In this document: positions 1 through 5,654 of the stretch, piece by piece
Layout: every line of letters starts with the position of its first letter
Position numbering within the stretch: position 1 is the stretch's first letter
IMG/VR virus record: IMGVR_UViG_3300037692_000289
Span: 1-24,815 of that record
Reading direction: 5' to 3' (one strand)
Length of the DNA stretch: 24,815 nt
Origin: a virus
Taxonomy: Duplodnaviria; Caudoviricetes
Notes under the pieces: model-generated
What the model was told of the DNA's origin: nothing
Databases searched by the model: none
What the model saw: only the letters and a program-made list of their open reading frames with translations
Program-made: the position numbers and the translations under genes

Positions 1-18
1 TTCTGCGTTTGTGGACAT
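1..18 (-). CDS. 5' end of a gene running off the left edge (MSTNAE...)
   Basis: Minus strand reads GGAGGCTCAAATG, with ATG at 18-16 after a GGAGG Shine-Dalgarno; lies just downstream of the promoter at 61-88. Confidence 0.6.
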
Positions 19-60
19 TTGAGCCTCCTGGTGAAGAGCGCGGGATTGCGCCCGTGATTA

Positions 61-88
61 ATGATACCATACCCAACGGGGAAATCAA
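61..88 (-). promoter_or_regulatory. sigma70-type promoter with extended -10
   Basis: Minus strand TTGATT-16 bp-TATCAT with TGn before the -10, about 45 bp upstream of the ATG at 18. Confidence 0.55.
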
Positions 89-137
89 CTAAGCAATGCT
101 CTCCCCATGCATCTCTTTCGTGCCCCCAAGGCCGATC

Positions 138-162
138 GGGCGCAGGGTTTCCCCTGACGCCC
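138..162 (-). other. GC-rich hairpin with GAAA tetraloop
   Basis: Minus strand GGGCGTCAGGG-GAAA-CCCTGCGCCC (one bulge), intergenic. Confidence 0.5.
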
Positions 163-220
163 ACCCGCCCGCCCAGGTTGGAGGCTCATTTCTTTCCTGG
201 ACTTGGCCAAGCCACGCTTG

Positions 221-267
221 ACCTGCCCGGGAAGGGCTCCCTCGTGAGGAACCCTCCCGAGGCAGGC
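221..267 (-). terminator. Long stem-loop directly after the stop of 267..917 (terminator or processing/stability hairpin)
   Basis: Minus strand CCTGCCTCGGGAGGGTTCCT...GGGAGCCCTTCCCGGGCAGG pairs with G-U wobbles; no clear U-tract. Confidence 0.45.
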
Positions 268-917
268 TACGCAGCCATCGCCGCTTCTAGCACTGCGTCG
301 GCGTCCACCTTCGCGGTGGAGGACAGCCGCTCCTTCTCCAACCGGTCGATGATCTTGCCAACTTTGGTAGCGGGGTTACGGAAGCTGTCGTATAGGTCCT
401 TCCGGGAGAGCTTCTCTCCCTTGAGCTTCGCCGCTTCCAACATCCCGTTGAGGAAGGCCTTGACGGAGGCCTGGTCCTTCCCGGAGGCTTCCATGAAGGC
501 TTTGATCACGATCGAGGCGCCAGAGAAGCCATCTCCCTCGCGGCGGGTGGACCACTCACCCTTTTGGATCGTCTCATCCAAGTCATCACACGCGATGACC
601 AGGTCTTCGTCCGCGAGGGGCTTGCTCGCGGGGGAGGCCAGGCAGTCACCGTACTTCTGGCTCCCGCCGTGCCCCGCGAACTTCGGGACGAGGCTCAGCG
701 GTTGAATGTACGTGCGGGTGTCCCCAGTGATGAAGTCCATCCGGACGCCGATCGCGCCTTGCTGCAACACCAGCATCTCTCCGTCGAGCTGGACCTTGGA
801 TTCGTCGATCACTATCTCTTTGTTGACTCGCGAAGTCCCTACGAACTCCACAACCCGACCGTCCGTCAGGGTAACTTGCTTCACAACTCGCTCTTTCTTC
901 TGAACTTCTGCCATCAC
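267..917 (-). CDS. Hypothetical phage early protein (216 aa); probable distant paralog of 4473..5030
   Basis: Long ORF, CAGGAG RBS before GTG917/ATG914, own promoter at 977-1005, hairpin right after the stop. Confidence 0.85.
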   Translation of the reverse strand: MMAEVQKKERVVKQVTLTDGRVVEFVGTSRVNKEIVIDESKVQLDGEMLVLQQGAIGVRMDFITGDTRTYIQPLSLVPKFAGHGGSQKYGDCLASPASKPLADEDLVIACDDLDETIQKGEWSTRREGDGFSGASIVIKAFMEASGKDQASVKAFLNGMLEAAKLKGEKLSRKDLYDSFRNPATKVGKIIDRLEKERLSSTAKVDADAVLEAAMAA

Positions 918-976
918 AATCTCCTGAAAGGTGCCGTGTCTTGTTAGGGGTGCACGGCGTTTGACCCCATGAGGCG

Positions 977-1005
977 ATAATGCCCTAACGGCGGGCGGAT
1001 GTCAA
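977..1005 (-). promoter_or_regulatory. sigma70-type promoter
   Basis: Minus strand TTGACA-TCCGCCCGCCGTTAGGG(17 bp)-CATTAT upstream of 267..917. Confidence 0.7.
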
Positions 1006-1232
1006 CTCAGTTCTGCGTGCTCGCGCAACACCTTGAGGAGCCGCGCGTACTCTTGGCTATTCTTGATCAGCTCTTTATAGTCCTCTCCGAGGACCTCATA
1101 CGTGGTCCAGCGAGCGTAGCAAGCCTCGCAGCGATAGCGGCGGTAAGTCGGCCATTCTCGCGGGCGGCTGTCTGTGCACTGGGCATAGCCCTTCTTCCTG
1201 CACTCCGGGCAGATCTTCTGACTCGTGTTCAT
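1002..1232 (-). CDS. Zinc-ribbon protein resembling the NrdR N-terminal (or Ogr/Delta-type) zinc finger; possible transcription regulator
   Basis: CPEC...TDSR...RRYRCEACYARWTTYE follows the NrdR N-terminal pattern CPxC...DSR...RRRxCxxCxxRFTTYE; no ATP-cone follows. Confidence 0.75.
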   Translation of the reverse strand: MNTSQKICPECRKKGYAQCTDSRPREWPTYRRYRCEACYARWTTYEVLGEDYKELIKNSQEYARLLKVLREHAELS

Positions 1233-1242
1233 CCCTCTGGCC

Positions 1243-1668
1243 TCAGTGCGGCAGGATCAGCTTACTCGGCTGGTCTCCCAGGGAGGTTAGCTGGACCGCG
1301 CGCGTGATGTCTTGCTGGCACTCCCGAATGTCCGCGATGGGCCAGCCTTTGGCTTCAGCTAACTGCGCTGCGATCGTGTTGATTAGTTGGTCCAGGATCG
1401 CGAACTCGCGGGCGGCTGCTCGGTCGACCTTCTCCGCGATGGGCCGCTTTGAAGGTGCAGCCGCTATAGTCTGCAGCGCGAGCCCAAAGGTGCTGCGGAG
1501 CGCATGGAGCCCTCCCCCGATGAGCCCTGTCGTGTTGCAGAACGCAAAGAGTTCTGCTCCCCAACGCTGCGCTACGGGTCGCAGCTCCGGCGGGAGAGAA
1601 GCCAGGAAGGCCTCCTCTGGTGTCGCTTCGCCCTCAGGTGCTGCTTGCCCTGCCTCATCGTCCTGCAT
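1243..1668 (-). CDS. Hypothetical protein (141 aa)
   Basis: AGGAGG RBS, tightly packed with neighbouring leftward genes. Confidence 0.75.
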   Translation of the reverse strand: MQDDEAGQAAPEGEATPEEAFLASLPPELRPVAQRWGAELFAFCNTTGLIGGGLHALRSTFGLALQTIAAAPSKRPIAEKVDRAAAREFAILDQLINTIAAQLAEAKGWPIADIRECQQDITRAVQLTSLGDQPSKLILPH

Positions 1669-1876
1669 CTTCGCCTCCTAAAGAAACGTGCTCTGCGCCT
1701 AACAACTCTTTTGCTACGACTTCATACGCTGTTGCTCTAGCGAGAGTGTGTTTAAGCACTGCTTGCATTACGTTGATTTTCTCCATCTGATTTACAATTC
1801 CTCGAAGTGTCTCTGCCTCTCTGGCACAATACTCGCCAAAGCGTTTCGCTTCTTGCTCACTCAGTAAGAGTCCCAT
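1655..1876 (-). CDS. Hypothetical helical protein (73 aa)
   Basis: AAGGAGG RBS, short overlaps with both neighbours. Confidence 0.75.
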   Translation of the reverse strand: MGLLLSEQEAKRFGEYCAREAETLRGIVNQMEKINVMQAVLKHTLARATAYEVVAKELLGAEHVSLGGEDAGR

Positions 1877-2132
1877 CTTCGCCTCCTTGGTCTGTCGGTA
1901 AGTCCTTCAACTCCGCCAGCACCCTCTCAAGGCTGGCGGCTGCATCTTCCCTTGGCTGCGTAGCAGCCTCTTCACTGAGCCACGCCCAGGTCTCCCTCCG
2001 CCCTATCCTGGCCACCGTTTCCGCGGCACAGCCGTAAACCTGCGCGATCCCCCGCGCGGTGAAGCGACCTGTGTCCCACTTCGCGCGGATAGCGAGGACC
2101 TCGGCGGGGGTTAGCTGTCGCTTGTCAGCCAC
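1857..2132 (-). CDS. Small HTH DNA-binding protein (about 91 aa)
   Basis: LTPAEVLAIRAKW...ARGIAQVYGCAAETVARIGRRETWAWL resembles the HTH found C-terminally in phage HNH endonucleases; start moved to GTG2132 after AAGGGG to avoid a long overlap. Confidence 0.7.
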   Translation of the reverse strand: MADKRQLTPAEVLAIRAKWDTGRFTARGIAQVYGCAAETVARIGRRETWAWLSEEAATQPREDAAASLERVLAELKDLPTDQGGEDGTLTE

Positions 2133-2469
2133 CTTGCCCCCTTTCCCGCTCGATCTCCCGGAGAATCTCTTGGGCCACCCTAGCATTATGCCTCGGCGGA
2201 CATCCCTGCTCTGCCCACACGATAAGCGCCTCAAAGCGCCCCTCGTCTAAGATCCCTGCAGCCTCTGTGTACTCACGCAGAATGTTAGTCAAGATCCGGC
2301 GGGAGTCTCTGCCTTCTAGCGAAGCGTTTGACTCAAGCGCTATAGCTACCAGCCCAATCGCCGCCTCTGCCTTCTCTGCGCGTGTTGCTTCATCTGACTT
2401 GACAATCCTTGCAACACGCGTGATGATATACTGCATAAAGCGTTTCTCCAACTCCTGTTCTATCCCCAT
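2125..2469 (-). CDS. Hypothetical protein (114 aa)
   Basis: GAGGT RBS, 8-bp overlap with the downstream gene. Confidence 0.7.
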   Translation of the reverse strand: MGIEQELEKRFMQYIITRVARIVKSDEATRAEKAEAAIGLVAIALESNASLEGRDSRRILTNILREYTEAAGILDEGRFEALIVWAEQGCPPRHNARVAQEILREIERERGQGG

Positions 2470-2473
2470 TTCA

Positions 2474-2638
2474 TTACCTCACTCGCTTAAGCCGAGGTTC
2501 GACCTCAAGCAGCACCCAGTAAACGAAGCGGCGTGTTTCCCATGTCTCCGCTGGCGCGCGGTCGGCCCTTACCCAGACCTGCCGGCACACCGCACTCCGC
2601 TTGTCGTGGCGATTCACCGCAAAGTACCATTGTTTCAT
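2474..2638 (-). CDS. Small hypothetical protein (54 aa, MKQWYFAVNRHDKRS...), not in the ORF track
   Basis: Translated by hand; ATGA overlap with the stop of 2635..2865 and fills the gap to 2469. Confidence 0.65.
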   Translation of the reverse strand: MKQWYFAVNRHDKRSAVCRQVWVRADRAPAETWETRRFVYWVLLEVEPRLKRVR

Positions 2639-2865
2639 CTCAAGCCACTCCTTTCTTGCCTAACCGCCTCGCGGCTACGCCTTAGAATCCTGTTCCAAGC
2701 TCCGTCGTGTCTTGCAGGCGTTGACTGCAATAAAATCCTCACCGTCTTCTCTGGCGGCCAGCCTGTCTTACTCGCTTTCACAACCAGCCATTCTAAGATT
2801 GCGTCTTTGCTACACCCAGATATCCTTACCAAGACATCGAGCTTCTCTTCCATGCTGTATTTCAT
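2635..2865 (-). CDS. Hypothetical protein (76 aa)
   Basis: AAGGAGG RBS; stop coupled to the next start. Confidence 0.7.
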   Translation of the reverse strand: MKYSMEEKLDVLVRISGCSKDAILEWLVVKASKTGWPPEKTVRILLQSTPARHDGAWNRILRRSREAVRQERSGLR

Positions 2866-2880
2866 CTCAAGCCTCCTTTA

Positions 2881-2936
2881 CCAAGGGACTATTCCCTTGG
2901 GTGAAGGAACCTCCTCGCGGAAGTCCTTCACCCAAG
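2881..2936. other. Two overlapping inverted repeats in an intergenic gap
   Basis: CCAAGGGA-CTAT-TCCCTTGG (2881-2900) overlaps a perfect 13-bp stem CTTGGGTGAAGGA...TCCTTCACCCAAG (2896-2936). Confidence 0.7.
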
Positions 2937-2938
2937 AG

Positions 2939-3112
2939 CTAGGCTTGCTCTGCTATCCCCTGTTGCCTGGCCGTTTCCGCCTTCATCAAAGCGATGTTCG
3001 CCTCGGTCAGAAGCTCCCTAAGCGGTCCTGTCGGCGTCGCTAGGATAAGCCAGTCTATTGCTTGCTGCGCCTCGTACATCCTTCTGTTCCACTCATGCAC
3101 TCTGTCTTTCAT
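2939..3112 (-). CDS. Small hypothetical protein (57 aa, MKDRVHEWNRRMYEAQQ...), not in the ORF track
   Basis: Translated by hand; GGAGG RBS; first gene after the promoter at 3173-3201. Confidence 0.7.
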   Translation of the reverse strand: MKDRVHEWNRRMYEAQQAIDWLILATPTGPLRELLTEANIALMKAETARQQGIAEQA

Positions 3113-3172
3113 CTCAGAGCCTCCATTTACCTGAGTGCGTTTCCCTGGGTCGCACCCTCGCCCATTTCACCC

Positions 3173-3201
3173 ATCATCCCATATCCGCGGGCGGGTGTCA
3201 A
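3173..3201 (-). promoter_or_regulatory. sigma70-type promoter
   Basis: Minus strand TTGACA-CCCGCCCGCGGATATGG(17 bp)-GATGAT with TGn extension; -35 and spacer nearly match the 977-1005 promoter. Confidence 0.6.
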
Positions 3202-3221
3202 CACAGTTGTGCGCTCCCTTC

Positions 3222-3502
3222 CCGCACCACCACCCCTCCCCCCACCCCTCCCCCAACAACACACACCCCCCCGTCTATCCCCGTCCAGGTACGCCAGACT
3301 GGGGCACCTCTCCGGGGATTTCCTCTCTCCAGTTCCCTTACCACCACAGTCCCTTTCCCTCTACTTAAAAAAAGTAAAAAAAAATAAGAAGAAGAGAAGA
3401 GGCTTTGAAATTCCCCGGGAGTTTGCCTCAGTACCACGTTATTTTGACGAGAGAGAGGGGGGGGGGCCTGTTGTTGTTGTGGTGGTGGGGGTTGTTGTGG
3501 TC
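3222..3502. repeat. Large degenerate inverted repeat centred on an A-tract; candidate replication origin
   Basis: 3298-3322 ACTGGGGCACCTCTCCGGGGATTTC mirrors 3407-3432 GAAATTCCCCGGGAGTTTGCCTCAGT; outer CAACAAC/poly-C arm mirrors the poly-G/GTTGTTG arm; A-tract at 3367-3384. The origin function is inference. Confidence 0.6.
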
Positions 3503-3542
3503 CCCCACCTTCGACCCCGCGTCCCGCGCCCTCCCCGCTCCT

Positions 3543-3851
3543 TCAAGCCCCGACCCCTCCCGGCACGCGCTCCGCTAGCTCGCTCAGCCAGGCGTCAGGC
3601 TCTTCCCTCTGCACTTGGATTGCTTGTATCAGGAAACTCAGCGGCCGTCCACTTGGGCTCTCCCCTCGCTCCACAAAGAACACCCACTCAAGCCCTAGCT
3701 CCTCTGCCCGTGCCCGCGTGAGCCTACCCCTTCCCTGCGCCAGCCCGAACCCCTTCCCTGCTCGCCACCTTCGCGAAATCTCTACGTCGTCTAGGCCACT
3801 GGCCAGTACCATCGCATCACGCGCTGTCAAATACCGCCTTCTCCGTGTCAT
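3543..3851 (-). CDS. Hypothetical protein (102 aa)
   Basis: ATG sits in the shared GGGGCTCGAAATG start motif. Confidence 0.65.
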   Translation of the reverse strand: MTRRRRYLTARDAMVLASGLDDVEISRRWRAGKGFGLAQGRGRLTRARAEELGLEWVFFVERGESPSGRPLSFLIQAIQVQREEPDAWLSELAERVPGGVGA

Positions 3852-3868
3852 TTCGAGCCCCCCGAAAT

Positions 3869-3908
3869 CCTGGTCAAGGCGCCAGGGGAGAGGGGTTCTC
3901 CCCTCCCC
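3869..3908 (-). other. Tandem intergenic hairpins
   Basis: Minus strand GGGGAGGGGG-AGAA-CCCCTCTCCCC followed by CCTGG-N8-CCAGG. Confidence 0.55.
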
Positions 3909-3917
3909 GCTGTGCCC

Positions 3918-4154
3918 TTAGTGCTGTTTCACAGCTGCCGCTACCTCTAAACCAAGATTCAACGTCGGTCCGAACCACATGCTTCGACGCGTGTCTTTGT
4001 ACACATCGACCACGTATCCTGTTAGCGTGGGCAGCGCGCTCCACGCATACGCATTACCTCTATACACTGCGAACCCCTCGAAGCGAGGATCGCTTTCCGT
4101 GTCTACCCCAGTGAGTGTAACAGTCATACGCTCGCCTGTGAATAAGTTTTTCAT
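3918..4154 (-). CDS. Hypothetical protein (78 aa)
   Basis: TAGGAGCCCGAAATG start context. Confidence 0.7.
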   Translation of the reverse strand: MKNLFTGERMTVTLTGVDTESDPRFEGFAVYRGNAYAWSALPTLTGYVVDVYKDTRRSMWFGPTLNLGLEVAAAVKQH

Positions 4155-4163
4155 TTCGGGCTC

Positions 4164-4382
4164 CTAAGCTTGCTCGGGCTGTACCGTTGCCGTAAATATA
4201 CTAAGACCCGAGGATGGGAGCGTCCGTAGCTCTTCTGCGTCTAGCTCTTTGTACCTTCCAAAAGTTCCCCAGGCACTCTCTGCAGCGACCAGTGCCATTG
4301 TGCTATCGGCGTCAAAGGCAACTATTCCTATAAACTCACCTATGCTGTTCTTGACTAAAAACGCGCTTTGCTGGATCTTCAT
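4164..4382 (-). CDS. Hypothetical protein (72 aa)
   Basis: TAGGGGCTCGAAATG start context; its stop overlaps the next RBS. Confidence 0.7.
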   Translation of the reverse strand: MKIQQSAFLVKNSIGEFIGIVAFDADSTMALVAAESAWGTFGRYKELDAEELRTLPSSGLSIFTATVQPEQA

Positions 4383-4400
4383 TTCGAGCCCCTATAAATC

Positions 4401-4468
4401 GCCTAGAACGCCCCAGGCTGCCCACGCGAACCCGCGTGCTAGGGTAGCCCGTTTCCGAGCTACCCTAA
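4401..4468 (-). other. Three consecutive hairpins filling the intergenic gap
   Basis: Minus strand TAGGGTAGCTCG-GAAA-CGGGCTACCCTA, CACGCG-GGTT-CGCGTG and GCCTGGG-GCGT-TCTAGGC; mismatches read as G-U only on the minus strand. Confidence 0.6.
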
Positions 4469-4472
4469 CCCG

Positions 4473-5030
4473 CTACTCGTCGTTTAACAAGGCGTCTAGC
4501 GCATCATCCGCCGCGCGTGCTGGTGCGCGTTCGGCTTTAATCTCAGCCAATGCCATTTGCACCGACCGCGCTTGTGCGAGGTACCGCAAGTTCGCCTCCA
4601 CATCCCCCCCGCGCTCGCGCACGCTCGCCTGGACGAGTTTCTCAACGCCCGCTTCATCCCGCTTCGTCGCTCGCCCGATTGCTAGGCGGATATCCGTCAA
4701 GCTCTCAACCCGAGGCGCACGCGCTGCCCGCTCCGGCGCAACCGTCGTAGCTCCGCTGTTCAAATGCTCAACCTTCCGCGACATCCTCTCCCATTTCATC
4801 TGGTTCCGCACGGGTTCGGGGATGATCGCCCCGTCCTTGTCCGTCCGTCCAATCGCGGCGGTATCTATGACCATTACCTGGCTATACCCTGCTACCAAGG
4901 CGCGCGCGTTGTTCTCTGCGCTCGTTGAGTCCAGCCTCAACACGATCGGCTGATCAATCCCCGCTACGCGGTAGGTGACCGTGTTCGCTTCCGCGTCGTG
5001 CGTGTAAACAACTGTTTGGTTCGATTTCAT
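4473..5030 (-). CDS. Hypothetical early protein (about 185 aa), first gene after the leftward sigma54 promoter; probable paralog of 267..917
   Basis: Long ORF; start placed at ATG5030 (GGGGGCTCAAATG context) rather than 5042. Confidence 0.85.
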   Translation of the reverse strand: MKSNQTVVYTHDAEANTVTYRVAGIDQPIVLRLDSTSAENNARALVAGYSQVMVIDTAAIGRTDKDGAIIPEPVRNQMKWERMSRKVEHLNSGATTVAPERAARAPRVESLTDIRLAIGRATKRDEAGVEKLVQASVRERGGDVEANLRYLAQARSVQMALAEIKAERAPARAADDALDALLNDE

Positions 5031-5074
5031 TTGAGCCCCCATGTTCGGCGGACCATTCCGCCATGCCTGATATG

Positions 5075-5091
5075 TAGCAATGCGCGTGCCA
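5075..5091 (-). promoter_or_regulatory. sigma54 (RpoN) -24/-12 promoter, leftward
   Basis: Minus strand TGGCAC-GCGCA-TTGCTA is an exact match to TGGCAC-N5-TTGCW; predicted +1 near 5065, 35 nt before ATG5030. Confidence 0.8.
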
Positions 5092-5107
5092 CATGCCTGC
5101 CCACACC

Positions 5108-5120
5108 TAACCTATTGATT
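5108..5120 (-). promoter_or_regulatory. IHF binding site
   Basis: Minus strand AATCAATAGGTTA matches WATCAANNNNTTR exactly; centred between the two sigma54 elements. Confidence 0.7.
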
Positions 5121-5136
5121 CCATGGAGTTCCCCCA

Positions 5137-5153
5137 TGGCACGCTAGTTGCTA
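5137..5153 (+). promoter_or_regulatory. sigma54 (RpoN) -24/-12 promoter, rightward
   Basis: TGGCAC-GCTAG-TTGCTA, exact consensus; predicted +1 near 5163. Confidence 0.75.
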
Positions 5154-5158
5154 GGCCA

Positions 5159-5257
5159 GTCGAAATCTCGCCACCTACGTCGAAACGTCGCCAGCCCGCG
5201 CCTAACCCGTTGAATTTATTGCCTAACCTGCATCACGGGGGTGTCGAAATCTCGCCA
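5159..5257. repeat. Three copies of GTCGAAA(TC/CG)TCGCCA; candidate enhancer (UAS) or operator sites
   Basis: Copies at 5159-5173, 5179-5193 (20-bp period) and 5243-5257; quasi-palindromic (TGTCG-N6-CGCCA). Confidence 0.7.
5203..5215 (-). promoter_or_regulatory. Second IHF-like site
   Basis: Minus strand ATTCAACGGGTTA, one mismatch to WATCAANNNNTTR; lies between repeat copies 2 and 3. Confidence 0.45.
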
Positions 5258-5654
5258 GCCCCTGATGTGTTGCGTCCACGCAACTGGTTGAGGCGTGTTG
5301 TTGCGGAAATGCCATGCATCAAGCTATCCCGGATTGTGAAATCTCTTGGTGCGACGCAGCACCGTCGGACGGTGGCGCACCATGAGAGTGCATTCCGCCA
5401 GCCGCCTCACCATCCCACGATGTGAAACCCACCTGGTGAAACCAAGCACCACCATCCGGGACGCTCTGTTGCACCGCACCACCAGCCCCCGTGACCCGTC
5501 CGCGCCGTCCGCCTCACTTTCGAGGGGGTGGGGGGCAATTCCAAGGCGAGAAAAAAAAGACGAACACAGTCTGCTGTGCTGCGCCGTTGGGGATAATTCC
5601 CGGGGGATACCATAGAATACTCCCCGGTGGTTTCCCCTCGCGCCACGTCCCCGC

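Noticed and set aside
85-189. 34-aa minus-strand ORF MSLQPGRAGG...
   Set aside because: Weak RBS, runs through a hairpin and ends in the -35 element; more likely non-coding.
1822-1837. TGGCAC-AATAC-TCGCC as another sigma54 site
   Set aside because: Poor -12 element, inside a CDS and antisense to it.
3058-3721. ORFs 3058..3387, 3062..3721 and 3198..3437
   Set aside because: Translations of low-complexity palindrome arms (poly-P, poly-K, poly-V) with no RBS.
61-4953. Long plus-strand ORFs (61..705, 2267..3043, 4249..4953 and others)
   Set aside because: Antisense shadows of minus-strand genes that have clear RBSs; Ser/Arg/Pro-biased translations.
5159-5257. Mini-CRISPR or iteron reading of the 15-bp repeats
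   Set aside because: Repeats are too short and spacing is irregular (5 and 49 bp) for CRISPR; no adjacent initiator gene or AT-rich unwinding element, though iterons are not fully excluded.
5335-5436. TGTGA half-sites as CRP/FNR-family boxes
   Set aside because: No TCACA-like second half at the right spacing.
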